From contig CAWADO010000007.1 of assembly GCA_963780775.1 (NCBI GenBank), positions 6,601-70,600 of the forward strand: 64,000 nt of DNA, read 5' to 3'. The position numbers and the translations under genes are program-made. The notes beneath the pieces were generated by a model. That model saw only the letters and a list, made by a program, of their open reading frames with translations, was not told the DNA's origin and did not search any database. Positions 25,804 through 36,842 of the stretch are shown piece by piece (position 1 is the first letter of the stretch; each line of letters opens with the position of its first letter). Source of the DNA: an uncultured delta proteobacterium. Its GTDB lineage: Bacteria; Desulfobacterota; Desulfobulbia; Desulfobulbales; Desulfocapsaceae.

Positions 25804-27782
25804 GGGCTGACTCCCTGCTCCCCCTGTTCTCCAGCTGAACCGCTTTCTTCTGACGGAGGAACGTCTACCGCTTCTTCGGATTTCAGCTCTTCACCACTTT
25901 CTTCAGTTTTCTTCTGCTGGCGGGGCGGCTCGGGCTTTCGCTGCTGAGGCCCATCGTAGGTGTATTCGTCCGGGCGCAATTCAGCCAGGATCCGCTGGAT
26001 ATCGTCGAGAACGATGGTCTCTTTCTCCAGCAGCTCTTCAGCCATGTATTTAAGTATGTCGCGATGCCCCTCGAGCAGCTCAGTTACCTTGTTACTGGCA
26101 TCGAGGATTATCTCTTTTACGGCCACATCAATCTGCCGGGCCGTTTCCTCACTGAAGTCACGATTCTGGGCGATTTCCCGGCCCAGGAAGATCTGTTCTT
26201 CCTTTTTTCCGTAGGTGAGAGGACCAAGCTCGTCACTCATACCCCACTCGCAGACCATCTTGCGGGCCAGTCCGGTTGCCCGCTCCAGGTCGTTGCCGGC
26301 GCCGGTGGTGATCTCATCGAAGATCAGTTTCTCGGCAATGCGGCCGCCAAAGAGGATCGAGATCGAATTTTTCAGATACCCTTTCGAGTGGGTGTACTTT
26401 TCGTCGATCGGCAGCTGCATGGTCAGTCCAAGGGCGCGGCCGCGCGGGATGATGGTCACCTTGTGGATCGGATCGGTATCGGGCAGCAGGTAGGCGACAA
26501 GGGCGTGTCCAGCCTCGTGATAGGCGGTCACTTCCTTCTCTTTCTCGGTGATGATCATCGAACGCCGTTCGGCACCCATCATGATCTTATCCTTGGCTTT
26601 TTCCAGCAGCTCCAGGGTGATCTCCTTGGCTCCTTCACGGGCGGCCATCAGGGCTGCTTCGTTGATCAGGTTTTCGAGGTCGGCCCCGGAAAAACCAGGG
26701 GTTCCTCGAGCCAGAATCTCGTAGTCGATGTCGGCGGCCATCTTGGTCTTTTTGCCGTAGATCTCGAGTATCTTCTGTCTGCCGCCCACGTCGGGAATCG
26801 GTACCACCACCTGGCGGTCGAAGCGGCCCGGTCGGAGCAGGGCCGGGTCGAGAACATCGGGGCGGTTGGTTGCGGCGACGATGATAACGCCTTCGTTGGA
26901 TTCAAAACCATCCATCTCGACCAGCAGCTGGTTCAGCGTCTGCTCGCGTTCGTCATGTCCGCCGCCCAGACCGGCGCCGCGGTGGCGGCCGACCGCATCG
27001 ATCTCGTCGATGAAGATGATACAGGGGGCGTGTTTCTTGCCCTGATTGAAAAGATCCCTGACCCGTGAGGCGCCGACACCGACAAACATCTCGACGAAAT
27101 CGGAACCCGAAATCGAAAAGAAGGGGACATCGGCCTCGCCGGCAATAGCTCTGGCCAGCAGGGTTTTACCGGTACCCGGCGAGCCGGCCAGCAGCACGCC
27201 TTTGGGGATCCGGCCGCCGAGGGCGGTGAACTTGTGGGGGTCTTTAAGAAAATCGATGATCTCCTCGAGTTCTTCCTTGGCTTCGTCGATCCCGGCGACG
27301 TCGGCAAAGGTAACCTTGTTGGTTCCCTGTTCCATCAGCTTGGCCCTGGTTTTACCGAAGGAGAGGGCGCCGCCCTTGCCGCCGCCCTGCATCTGGCGCA
27401 TGAAGAAGATCCAGACACCGATCAGCAGCAGCATCGGGAACCAGGATACGAAAATGGTCATCAGCCAGTTGTCTTTCTGGCTTTCCTTAACGGTGATATC
27501 GACACCCGCCTGTCTGAGCATCGGTATCAGCTCATTGTCGTTGGCCGGAAAGATGGTTCTGAAAGGCTGGCCGTCCTGCAGGGTGCCGGAGATCGTGTCT
27601 CCGTCGATGCGCACCCGGTTGATCGACTTGTTCTCGATCTTGGCCATGAAGTCGCTGTAGGTCAGCGAGGAGATATTACCCTGCGGTTTGTTGAAGAGAT
27701 TGAACAGCAGGATCATGGTCAGACCGATCACCAGCCACATGCTCAGATTCTTATAAAAGGTGTTCAAACGAACCTCCGACAC
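25800..27782 (-). CDS. ftsH: ATP-dependent zinc metalloprotease FtsH
   Basis: 660 aa. Walker A '[11 protein letters not shown]', SRH '[20 protein letters not shown]', zinc site 'HEAGHAL'. Confidence 0.97.
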   Translation of the reverse strand: MSEVRLNTFYKNLSMWLVIGLTMILLFNLFNKPQGNISSLTYSDFMAKIENKSINRVRIDGDTISGTLQDGQPFRTIFPANDNELIPMLRQAGVDITVKESQKDNWLMTIFVSWFPMLLLIGVWIFFMRQMQGGGKGGALSFGKTRAKLMEQGTNKVTFADVAGIDEAKEELEEIIDFLKDPHKFTALGGRIPKGVLLAGSPGTGKTLLARAIAGEADVPFFSISGSDFVEMFVGVGASRVRDLFNQGKKHAPCIIFIDEIDAVGRHRGAGLGGGHDEREQTLNQLLVEMDGFESNEGVIIVAATNRPDVLDPALLRPGRFDRQVVVPIPDVGGRQKILEIYGKKTKMAADIDYEILARGTPGFSGADLENLINEAALMAAREGAKEITLELLEKAKDKIMMGAERRSMIITEKEKEVTAYHEAGHALVAYLLPDTDPIHKVTIIPRGRALGLTMQLPIDEKYTHSKGYLKNSISILFGGRIAEKLIFDEITTGAGNDLERATGLARKMVCEWGMSDELGPLTYGKKEEQIFLGREIAQNRDFSEETARQIDVAVKEIILDASNKVTELLEGHRDILKYMAEELLEKETIVLDDIQRILAELRPDEYTYDGPQQRKPEPPRQQKKTEESGEELKSEEAVDVPPSEESGSAGEQGEQGVSP

Positions 27783-27878
27783 TGAAAACGATTGAGCTGA
27801 AAAGGATTTTAAACATAAGGTCCTACGTTAAAACATCTACGCCCGATGTCGAGTACATTGCTCTACTTAATGTAGTCA

Positions 27879-30800
27879 TCAGGCAAATTTTTGTACAGGT
27901 TTTACCCCGATTGTCGTTTCGCCAAAGGCCCTCATCGCGCTGACGAAGGCGGCGGCTCCGTTGGTCGTGGTGGTGTAGGGGATGTGCAGATCGATGGCCG
28001 CACGGCGTATCTGGTAGCTGTCTTCAGTGGTACGGCGGCCCATGGATGTGTTGATGATCCAGGTGATTTCGTGGTTGCGGACCATGTCGAGAATATGGGG
28101 CCGGCCCTGGGAAATTTTGTTGATCCGATGACTGTCGATATCGTTGGCGAGCAGGAATTCATTGGTCCCGTCTGTTGCAAAGAGGGTGAAACCCATCTTT
28201 TTCAAAGCTCCGGCGACCCCGACGATCGAGTCCTTATCGCTGTCTCGCACCGAGATGAAGACATTGCCTTTTTCGGGCAGCTTCGAACCGGCCGCCAGCA
28301 GCGCCTTGCCGATGGCCAGGCCGAGGTTGTCGTCGATACCCATGACCTCGCCGGTGGACTTCATCTCCGGTCCGAGCAGTGAATCCACGCCTTCGAAGCG
28401 GTCGAACGGAAAAACGGCTTCTTTGACCGCCCAGTGGCTGATAGACACTTCCTCTGTCAAACCAAGCTCGGGGAGGCTCTTGCCCATCATGATCTTGGTG
28501 GCCAGCTTGGCCAGCGGAACGCCGGTTGCCTTGCTGACAAACGGAACCGTTCTCGAGGCCCGGGGGTTGACCTCGAGGACGTACAGGGTTTCGTCCTTGA
28601 TGGCGTATTGCACGTTCATCAGGCCGATGACGCCTAACTCGACGGCCATCGCCCTGCTGGCCGAGGTGATCTCTTCGATCATTTTCCCAGAGAGCGAGTG
28701 GGGCGGCATTACACAGGCCGAATCACCGGAATGAATTCCGGCTTCTTCAATATGTTCCATGATACCGCCGATGATGGTGTTTGTACCATCACTGATGGCG
28801 TCCACATCGACCTCGGTGGCATCCTTCAGAAACTGATCGATGAGGATCGGATGTTCCTGGGCCGTTCCGCCGATGGAAATCATGAACTCCTTGATCGCCT
28901 CTTCGGTATAGGCGATTCTCATGGCCCGGCCGCCCAGCACGTATGAGGGGCGGATGACCACCGGATAGCCGATCCGGTTGGCCGCTTCGATGGCTTCCTC
29001 TTCGGTGAAGACGGTGTCGTTTTCGGGTTGTCTCAAATTCAGTTTCTGCAGGAATTTCTGGAAACGCTCCCGGTCCTCGGCGCGGTCGATCGCATCGGGC
29101 GGAGTGCCGATAATTGGAACTCCGGCTTCTTCGAGCGGAACAGCAAGGTTCAGCGGTGTCTGGCCGCCGAACTGGACGATGACACCATCGGGCTGTTCCT
29201 GGTCGATGATGTTGAGCACATCTTCTCTGGTCAACGGTTCGAAGTAGAGCTTGTCCGAGGTGTCGTAGTCGGTCGAAACGGTCTCCGGGTTCGAGTTTAC
29301 CATGATCGACTCGACGCCGATTTCCCGCAGTGCAAAGGAAGCGTGCACACAGCAGTAGTCGAACTCGATTCCCTGGCCGATCCGGTTCGGTCCGCCGCCC
29401 AGGATGATGACTTTTTTGCGCTCACTCTTCGTTGCTTCGTTCTCCTGCTCATAGGTGGAGTAATAATAAGGGGTGTATGATTCAAATTCGGCGCCGCAGG
29501 TGTCAACCAGTTTGTACACCGGTGCCACTCCCTGTTCGCTGCGCAGCGTTCTGATCTCTTTTTCGGTCTTGCCGCATAGGTAGCCGATCTGCTGATCGGA
29601 GAAGCCCTGCTGCTTGCTGATGGTGAACAGCTCGCGGTCCAGCCCGTCGGCTCCGGCGCGGCGGATTCGTGTCTCGGTTGCGACGATCTCCTCCAGGTTA
29701 AAAAGAAACCAGGGATCGATCCGGGTTAACTCATAGATCCGCTCGGTGCCAATGCCCCGTCGCAGGGCTTCGTAGAGATATGCGACCCGTTTGGAACTGG
29801 GCGTAATAAGGCCGCTTTCTAAATCAATGTCATCGATATGCTCAAGCATTTCCCGGCCGTCGCCGCCGAAGCCGAAACGGCCGATTTCGAGCGAGCGCAT
29901 ACCTTTCTGAAAGGCTTCCTTGAAGGTCCTGCCGATGGCCATGGTCTCACCGACCGATTTCATCGAGGTGGTCAAAAAATCCTCCGCGTCGGGAAACTTT
30001 TCAAAGGTCCAGCGCGGAATCTTGACGACGCAGTAATCGATGGTCGGTTCAAAGGAGGCGTAGGTCTCTTTGGTGATATCGTTCGGAATTTCATCGAGGG
30101 TATAACCAACCGCCAGCTTGGCGGCAATTTTGGCGATCGGAAAGCCGGTGGCTTTGGAGGCCAGCGCCGAACTTCTCGATACCCGCGGGTTCATCTCGAT
30201 CACCATCAGTTCGCCATCTTCGGGGTTGACCGCAAACTGCACGTTCGAGCCGCCGGTCTCGACACCGATTTCGCGGATGATCGCAATGGCCGCATCGCGC
30301 ATGATCTGATACTCGCGGTCGGTGAGGGTCTGGGCCGGAGCCACGGTGATCGAGTCGCCGGTGTGCACCCCCATGGCGTCGATATTTTCGATCGAGCAGA
30401 TAATGACGACGTTGTCCTTGGAATCGCGCATGACTTCGAGCTCATACTCTTTCCAGCCGAGCAGGCTGCGCTCGAGCATGATTTCGCTGGTCATTGACAG
30501 ATCGAGGCCCTGTTTGCAGAGGTCTGCAAGCTCCTGGCGATTGTAGGCGACGCCGCCTCCGGTTCCGCCAAGGGTGAAACTCGGCCGGACAATGACCGGA
30601 AAACCGAGTTCATCGCCGGCCGTAATCGCCTCATCGAGGGTATGAACGATGGCCGACTCCGGTACGTTGAGGTTTATCGCCCGCATCGCGTCCCTGAATT
30701 CGTCCCGGCCTTCGGCCTTGTGAATGACGTCGATGTCGGCGGCCAGCATTTCGACGCCGTATTGTTCCAGGGCGCCGGTTTCGGCTACCTTGATCGCCGT

Positions 30801-31091
30801 GTTCAGCGCGGTCTGGCCACCGAGGGTGGGGAGCAGGGCGTCCGGGCGCTCCTGTTCGATCACCTTGATCACCATTTCCGGTGTGATCGGCTCGATGTAG
30901 GTGGCGTCGGCCAGCCCCGGGTCGGTCATGATCGTTGCCGGGTTGGAGTTGATCAGCACCACTTCATAGCCTTCTTCCTTCAGGGCTTTGACGGCCTGGG
31001 CGCCGGAATAGTCGAATTCACAGGCCTGGCTGATGATGATCGGGCCCGAGCCAATGATGAGGATCTTCTTGATATCGGTTCGTTTGGGCAT
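27879..31091 (-). CDS. carB: carbamoyl-phosphate synthase large subunit
   Basis: 1070 aa. '[22 protein letters not shown]', a duplicated ATP-grasp architecture, and an MGS-like C-terminus. Confidence 0.97.
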   Translation of the reverse strand: MPKRTDIKKILIIGSGPIIISQACEFDYSGAQAVKALKEEGYEVVLINSNPATIMTDPGLADATYIEPITPEMVIKVIEQERPDALLPTLGGQTALNTAIKVAETGALEQYGVEMLAADIDVIHKAEGRDEFRDAMRAINLNVPESAIVHTLDEAITAGDELGFPVIVRPSFTLGGTGGGVAYNRQELADLCKQGLDLSMTSEIMLERSLLGWKEYELEVMRDSKDNVVIICSIENIDAMGVHTGDSITVAPAQTLTDREYQIMRDAAIAIIREIGVETGGSNVQFAVNPEDGELMVIEMNPRVSRSSALASKATGFPIAKIAAKLAVGYTLDEIPNDITKETYASFEPTIDYCVVKIPRWTFEKFPDAEDFLTTSMKSVGETMAIGRTFKEAFQKGMRSLEIGRFGFGGDGREMLEHIDDIDLESGLITPSSKRVAYLYEALRRGIGTERIYELTRIDPWFLFNLEEIVATETRIRRAGADGLDRELFTISKQQGFSDQQIGYLCGKTEKEIRTLRSEQGVAPVYKLVDTCGAEFESYTPYYYSTYEQENEATKSERKKVIILGGGPNRIGQGIEFDYCCVHASFALREIGVESIMVNSNPETVSTDYDTSDKLYFEPLTREDVLNIIDQEQPDGVIVQFGGQTPLNLAVPLEEAGVPIIGTPPDAIDRAEDRERFQKFLQKLNLRQPENDTVFTEEEAIEAANRIGYPVVIRPSYVLGGRAMRIAYTEEAIKEFMISIGGTAQEHPILIDQFLKDATEVDVDAISDGTNTIIGGIMEHIEEAGIHSGDSACVMPPHSLSGKMIEEITSASRAMAVELGVIGLMNVQYAIKDETLYVLEVNPRASRTVPFVSKATGVPLAKLATKIMMGKSLPELGLTEEVSISHWAVKEAVFPFDRFEGVDSLLGPEMKSTGEVMGIDDNLGLAIGKALLAAGSKLPEKGNVFISVRDSDKDSIVGVAGALKKMGFTLFATDGTNEFLLANDIDSHRINKISQGRPHILDMVRNHEITWIINTSMGRRTTEDSYQIRRAAIDLHIPYTTTTNGAAAFVSAMRAFGETTIGVKPVQKFA

Positions 31092-31146
31092 AATGGATAG
31101 CGGGTTGAATGGTTGCCGTAACGGTTATTTTGTTTGGCCGGCCTTG

Positions 31147-32268
31147 TTATGAAACGTTCCTGACCATATCGATGAAGCGGTCGAACAAATATTCAGCATC
31201 GTGCGGTCCCGGAGCATGCTCCGGATGATACTGGACCGAAAATGCCGGATATTTTGTGTGTCGCATGCCTTCGCAACTGTTGTCATTGAGGTTGATATGG
31301 GTCAGTTCAACAAGCTCCGGATCCAGCGTTTTCATATCGACGCAGAAACCGTGGTTCTGTGAGGTGATCTCCACCTTTCCGGTCTGCAGGTCCTTTACCG
31401 GCTGGTTACCGCCCCGGTGACCGAACTTCAGCTTGTAGGTCTCGCCGCCGTAGGCCAGGCCAAGCATCTGATGGCCGAGGCAGATGCCGAAAATCGGTTT
31501 TTTACCGAGCAGTTCACGGATGGTTTCCACCACGTTTTCAACCCCTTCCGGATCTCCCGGGCCATTGCTAAGAAAAATGCCGTCGGGTTCCATACCCAGA
31601 ACGGTCTGGGCATCCATCGTGGCGGGGACCACCTGGACCCGGCAGCCGCGCTTTTCCAAGAGCCGTATCTGGTTGAACTTGATGCCGAAATCAAAGGCGA
31701 CGATCTTGATATCAGAAGCCGCGCACGCCGGTTTGAATTCAGTCCCGGGCAGCGGTTTGTCATTAAACCAGGTATAGGGTTCGGTGCAGCTCACCCGTTT
31801 GACCATGTCCCGGCCAACCAGTCCGGACCATGCTTTGGCCCGCTCTATCAGCGATTCGGGTCGCAGATCTTCTGTCGAGACAATGCCTTTCATCGCCCCG
31901 GCGGTGCGGATATGTTTAACCAGAGCGCGGGTGTCGAAGCCTTCGACGCCGAGTACCCCGAATTCCTGGAGAAAATCGGCCAATGGCCGGGTCGATCTGA
32001 AGTTGGAAGGTCGGCCCTGATACTCTTTTACCAGAAAGGCTTTCGGGTGGACGGCCAGCGACTCCATGTCGTCGTGATTAATACCGTAATTGCCGATCAG
32101 CGGATAGGTCATGGTGACGATCTGGCCGGTGTAAGACGGGTCGGTCAATATTTCCTGGTAGCCGCTCATCGAGGTGTTGAAGACGATCTCGCCGACAGCC
32201 TCCCCGGGGCCGGTAAATGAGCGTCCCTCGAAGATGGTGCCGTCTTCCAGGGCGATGATAGCTTTCAT
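31147..32268 (-). CDS. carA: carbamoyl-phosphate synthase small (glutaminase) subunit
   Basis: 373 aa. GATase triad context 'PIFGICLGHQML' and 'FSVQYHPE'. Confidence 0.96.
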   Translation of the reverse strand: MKAIIALEDGTIFEGRSFTGPGEAVGEIVFNTSMSGYQEILTDPSYTGQIVTMTYPLIGNYGINHDDMESLAVHPKAFLVKEYQGRPSNFRSTRPLADFLQEFGVLGVEGFDTRALVKHIRTAGAMKGIVSTEDLRPESLIERAKAWSGLVGRDMVKRVSCTEPYTWFNDKPLPGTEFKPACAASDIKIVAFDFGIKFNQIRLLEKRGCRVQVVPATMDAQTVLGMEPDGIFLSNGPGDPEGVENVVETIRELLGKKPIFGICLGHQMLGLAYGGETYKLKFGHRGGNQPVKDLQTGKVEITSQNHGFCVDMKTLDPELVELTHINLNDNSCEGMRHTKYPAFSVQYHPEHAPGPHDAEYLFDRFIDMVRNVS

Positions 32269-32595
32269 ATTCTGATTCCTTTGTGATGGGGAGAGCCGGC
32301 AGGTTTTTGGTTACGCCTGACGAGGCGGGCCGACCTCCATGGATGCTCGGGAATATTCTCGATATTTTATCGACACAAAATATCAATAATTAACTCGGAA
32401 ACACTATCAAGGTCAACTCAATTCATGCCCGCCGTGTCCGGACCTGGAGCTGTGCGGCGGAACTCAGGCAGATCAGCAAACGACCGCCGAAGGCCGGCAG
32501 AGAAAGAATTGATATGGTTCTGACGGTATAGAGCCGTATCACTTCGGACCTGCCCGCCTCTTGAGTTTGTTTCAGACTCATGGTAGAGCAGGTTC

Positions 32596-34033
32596 ATGAT
32601 CACAGAAACAACGAACGATCCGCAGGAGCAAACCTGGCTGAGCCTGGTAGCCGTCGAATCTCCGTTGAGAATCGCGCGTTTCTCGGCGACGGCAGACCAG
32701 GTCTGGTGCATATATGGGGATAACCGGTCAGGAATCGAGCGTTTCGTCGACCTGTTCCGGCCGATCGATAAACAGACGCTTACAGGTGAGCGGCTCGATT
32801 TGCCTGATAATCTCGGTCTTGTCAGCTTCAAGGATCAGCAGGAACTGTTCGAACAGGAGGTGCGAAACGACGAATCCGATTTTCTGGACCGCCCCGATCC
32901 GGGTACGCCGGCCAATGCATTTATCAAAAATCTTGACGAAAATCGGTCACTGATCGAGCAGTTGCGGCTGACTCACGTGCTCGACAGCGGTTATCGTCAG
33001 CTCAGCTCTGGAGAAAGCCGTAAGCTCCTGATATTAAGTGCGATCAGTGGTGGTGCCACGGAGCTGCTGGTGGAAAACCCCTACGACGGCCTCGACCTCG
33101 ATTCATGCGCGGAGTTTGACCGGATCATGAAGGTGCTCATCGAGCGGGGCATCGCGATCATGATAATCCTCTCCCGTCTTTCCGACGTACCGGCTTGGTG
33201 TACCCATCTGGCCTGGATCGAAAATGGGGTCCTGGTCGACTCCGGCAGGCTCGAAGAGGTGCGCGAGCGGATTAAAACCGAAATAAACGGCGGGGACTGG
33301 AAGCTCATCCTCGAAGACCTTGAAGAGGGCACCTCCGAATCAGACGATGCGGAACTGATCAGACTGGTCGGCGGGCATGCCCGTTATGGCGAGCGAACCA
33401 TTTTTTCAGGGTTTGATTTTTCGGTAAAACAGCATCAGCACACCCTGATCAGCGGCCCCAATGGAGCCGGCAAGTCGACCCTGCTTGGCCTGGTGACCGG
33501 GGATCACCAGGATTGTTATACCAATGAGTTATACCTCTTCGGGAAACGCAGAGGGAGCGGCGAGTCGATCTGGGACATTAAAAAAGATATGGGAATCGTC
33601 AGCCCGGCCCTGCACCGGGAACACTATATTCCCGGAAACTGCCTGCAGATTGTCGCTTCAGGGTATTTCGATTCGATCGGCCTCTATCAGAAACCGACAC
33701 CGCACCAGGCAAAACGGGCCGCAATCTGGTTGACGGTCCTCGGCCTCGATGAACTCAAGCACAAACCGTTTCGAAGCGTGAGCTATGGAGAGCAGCGGCT
33801 CATCCTGATCGCCCGGGCTCTGATAAAAATGCCGAAACTGCTGCTGCTCGATGAGCCGACTCACGGAATCGACGACCCCAACCGGGCGCACCTGCTCGAT
33901 TTTCTCGAGTTAATCGTCGACAAACGGATCAGTACGATCGTCTATGTCAGTCACCGGCGCGACGAGTTCCGCGCTTTTTTTCAGTCAGCACATCGAGTTC
34001 GACCAGCTTATCGGCAACCGCCACTCAGCTTAA
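32596..34033 (+). pseudogene. modF: ModF-type tandem ABC ATPase; its natural C-terminus is reached only after a +1 shift in a T7 run (33975..33981)
   Basis: It is collinear with E. coli ModF: 'LISGPNGAGKSTLLGLVTGDH..Y.N.L.LFG.RRGSGE.IWDIKK', 'ASGYFDSIGLYQ', 'LLLLDEPTHGIDD'. As given, the ORF reads on for ~175 aa antisense to the gene at 34030..34572. Dropping one T gives '...RAFFSQHIEFDQLIGNRHSA*' (compare ModF 'CITHRLEFVP') with TAA at 34031..34033. Confidence 0.75.
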
Positions 34034-34572
34034 GCGAAAGAGTCTTCGAACAGCTTTTCAATGGCGCTTCGCCCGGCATCGTTGAGGTACCTCGTGCCGG
34101 AGCCGACAAAGGTCTCGTACTTGATGGTCGGCGTATCTTCCTGCCAGCCGTCTTTCCAGGTGAACCACTTCTCAGAGGGCTGGTCGAAAACATGGAGCGG
34201 ACGGTTGAACATCTTGGCCAGCTGCACGGCCCAGCCGGTACCGCCCTTGACCGATCCATCCTCCTGGATCGAGCCGATCACGAAAACCTGGTAGCCGCTG
34301 TTTACCATGTGAAAAATGGTCTGCAGAACCTTGCGGATTTTGTCGGTTTCATAATAGGTGCGGTTCAGCATCTTCGAGGCCAGTTCCATACTGATATTAC
34401 CGCGTTCCAGATCCTCTTTGGACAGGACCCGGACATTTTTCTCCCGCGACAATTTGTGCCCTTCAAAGGTGTAGATAACTTCATTGACCGCATATTTCTC
34501 CGCGGCTTCGCCAAAAACGGTCTCGGCGCCCTTGAGGCCGCCGCTGTAAAGAGTGCACTGTGATGCTTCCAT
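34030..34572 (-). CDS. hypothetical protein, possibly a SLOG/DprA-like Rossmannoid nucleotide-binding fold
   Basis: 180 aa. RBS AAGAGG lies 7 nt upstream. 'LYSGGLKGAETVFGEAAEKY' and 'GGTGWAVQLAKMFNRPLHVFDQ' resemble the two Gly-rich loops of SLOG/DprA-type domains. This assignment rests on pattern memory only. Confidence 0.5.
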   Translation of the reverse strand: MEASQCTLYSGGLKGAETVFGEAAEKYAVNEVIYTFEGHKLSREKNVRVLSKEDLERGNISMELASKMLNRTYYETDKIRKVLQTIFHMVNSGYQVFVIGSIQEDGSVKGGTGWAVQLAKMFNRPLHVFDQPSEKWFTWKDGWQEDTPTIKYETFVGSGTRYLNDAGRSAIEKLFEDSFA

Positions 34573-34692
34573 GGTAATTCCTCTTTATGATAAATGATCA
34601 GGTTCGGGGTTGAACGGTTATACTCAGGTAACCCGAATGTATAATACAGCCGAGCCGAAAGGCAACCGTGATTGCTGAAACGATATGCTTTT

Positions 34693-35652
34693 TTAGGCTT
34701 TGACCGCCGACAAAAAGATTCGCCACGGTGCCGGGTAGCCCTCTACCGTCCTTGTCGGGTCATCGGGACTGATATAGTCCTGGTAGGATTCGAACACCAT
34801 CCAGTCGGTGCGCCGCTGTTCGTCAGAGCTCATCGGGTGCGAGCAGAACAGCTCAACCTGACTGAATCCGGCCCGCGTCAGCCAGTTTCTGCAGGCGGCG
34901 CCGGTCGGTACGAAGTAAGTGCCCGGAGCTTTGGCGTAGGTTTGCTCGGGGAACAGCGCAACCGGCATGTCACCGGGTATGGCCTGGGATTCGACGACCA
35001 GGGTGCCGCCCGGCTTCAGGGCCGTGTGGATATCTTTGAGCAGCTCAACCGGGGAGATGCGATGGTAGATGATGCCCATCAGAAAGATGACGTCAAATGC
35101 TTCACCGAACAGACCGATATGTTCGACCCCGAGCAGGTCTATATCGAGGTTGTCGAAACCGGCCATCGCGTTGAGTGCCTTAAAACAGTAGAAGTGCTGG
35201 ACCGAGGGCTCGAAGCCGAGCACCAGGCGGGGCTGATGCGGCGCCATGCGAAACATATAGTAACCGTTGTTGCAGCCGATGTCCGCCACCGTCTTGTCAC
35301 GCAGATCCGGGAGTTTTCCTGCAAGCCGCCTCCATTTGCGTTCGCTGCGCCATTCGGCATCGATATCGATACCGTACACAGAAAACGGCCCTTTGCGCCA
35401 CGGCATGAAACAGCGCAGCTGCTTTTCAACAGCTGAGCGCTGTTCGGCCCTCAGCTCTTCGGCCAGGCCGATGCGTACCGTGTCCCCGCTGCAGTCGCTA
35501 TGCTGAGACCTGTAGTCGCAGAGCTGCTCAAAAGGGCGGCGATACCGAAGAAAGCCCTTCTTCTGCTGATTTACCCAACGCTGCCGTTCCTGGTGGACCG
35601 TGCTGATCTGCTGCCGGTCGATGGCGCCGGTAAGTTTTTCCAGATAGTGCAT
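34693..35652 (-). CDS. cmoB: tRNA U34 carboxymethyltransferase
   Basis: 319 aa. '[26 protein letters not shown]' and '[10 protein letters not shown]' match E. coli CmoB ('[26 protein letters not shown]', '[10 protein letters not shown]'). Confidence 0.93.
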   Translation of the reverse strand: [319 protein letters not shown]

Positions 35653-35666
35653 CGGAGCGCGGCGAT

Positions 35667-36401
35667 TCAGTGAGGTTTGCGAGCCAGAAAGGAGGAGAAA
35701 TTAAACCACTGAAAGAACGGGGCTATCGGGTCGAAGCCGGCGTGCTCCAGCAACTGCCTGTTTTCGGCAGCGGAGAAGGGAATCAGGATGTTCTCAAGCG
35801 CTTCTCTTTTACGGGCGATTTCCAGCTCCGAATAGCCCTGTTCACGCTTGAAATCGTGATAGATGTCAATATAGGTGCGGTTCAGCCGTTTGTCGTCCAG
35901 AATCGTTTTTTCACTCAGGATCAGCAGGCCGCCGGGGCGCAGGTTGTCATAGAGCCGCTGGATCAGGGGTTGGCGCAGAACCGGGCGGATGAACTGCAGG
36001 GTATAATTGAGCACGAAGGCACCGGTCCCCGGCCTGTTCAGCACAGTGATGTCCTCCTGCTGGAATTCGATGGCGGCGTCAGGCGCGTAAAATTCGGCTT
36101 TCTGGCGGGCCTTGGCAAGCATGACCGGCGAACTGTCCAGGCCGAGGAAGCGAAGGTTGGATTGGGTCAGTTCCCTGATGAAAAAGAACAAGGTCGTACC
36201 GGTCGCACAACCGAGATCGCAGACCAGATCGCCCGGTTCGAGACAGGCTCCCAGCAATCGGGAACTTTCCTTGATGACAGTCTGGTAGCATGGAATGGAG
36301 CGGTCGAGCATATCATCGAAAACTTCGACGACACGCTCGTTGAAATCAAAATCCTCGGGAACGGTATCAACCCGGTATAGTCTGTCTTTTAAACCGGACA
36401 T
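35667..36401 (-). CDS. cmoA: carboxy-S-adenosyl-L-methionine synthase
   Basis: 244 aa. 'FDFNERVVEVFDDMLDRSIPCY', 'VLNYTLQFI' and 'HDFKREQGYSELEIARKREALENIL' are collinear with E. coli CmoA. Confidence 0.93.
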   Translation of the reverse strand: MSGLKDRLYRVDTVPEDFDFNERVVEVFDDMLDRSIPCYQTVIKESSRLLGACLEPGDLVCDLGCATGTTLFFFIRELTQSNLRFLGLDSSPVMLAKARQKAEFYAPDAAIEFQQEDITVLNRPGTGAFVLNYTLQFIRPVLRQPLIQRLYDNLRPGGLLILSEKTILDDKRLNRTYIDIYHDFKREQGYSELEIARKREALENILIPFSAAENRQLLEHAGFDPIAPFFQWFNFSSFLARKPH

Positions 36402-36425
36402 CAGCAGCGTGGAAGCCTGAAAGGG

Positions 36426-36803
36426 CTACTTCTTGTACCAGCTGCCGTCAGGTTTCTGAAACCAGTGTCCTGCACCGCCGATATCACGGATCTGCTTGGC
36501 CCGGCGCTGGCCGACCAGATTGATGTCGACGTTTTGTTTTTTGGCAATCGCCGCATAGACCACTTTTCGGTCTTGATTTTCAGCGCTTATCAGATCCTGC
36601 TGAGGTCTGGCATCGGTGCGATACTCGACAAACCCGTTGTTGTTCTCACCGACCAGTCCCTTGTCCTTGAGGCTGTTGATGGCCGGCACCCTGGCCAGCA
36701 TCCGCTCCTTGACATCGGCCGGTTGGGCGTAGAGGGTGGAGCAGAGAAACGCGGTCACGAGCAGTGTGACGATCACTATCGAATTCTGTTTGAACATGGT
36801 CAA
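36426..36803 (-). CDS. ydbL: YdbL-family periplasmic protein (DUF1318)
   Basis: 125 aa. Signal peptide, then 'INSLKDKGLVGENNNGFVEY' and 'LISAENQDRKVVYAAIAKK', the YdbL signature. Confidence 0.8.
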   Translation of the reverse strand: MTMFKQNSIVIVTLLVTAFLCSTLYAQPADVKERMLARVPAINSLKDKGLVGENNNGFVEYRTDARPQQDLISAENQDRKVVYAAIAKKQNVDINLVGQRRAKQIRDIGGAGHWFQKPDGSWYKK

Positions 36804-36842
36804 TCTCCCGAAAGGTTAATTTCGCCTTTTGCAAGGCAGCCA

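Noticed and set aside
32418-32831. A 137-aa minus-strand ORF bridging the carA-modF intergenic region.
   Set aside because: It overlaps the modF start region in antisense. It has no RBS and a Ser/Arg-rich product, so it is probably spurious.
34034-34563. The ~175-aa C-terminal extension of the 655-aa modF ORF.
   Set aside because: It runs antisense to a separate gene with a good RBS and has no ABC-like sequence. It disappears if one T of the T7 run at 33975..33981 is removed, which restores a ModF-like C-terminus. I treat it as a frameshift artefact or mutation, not real coding sequence.
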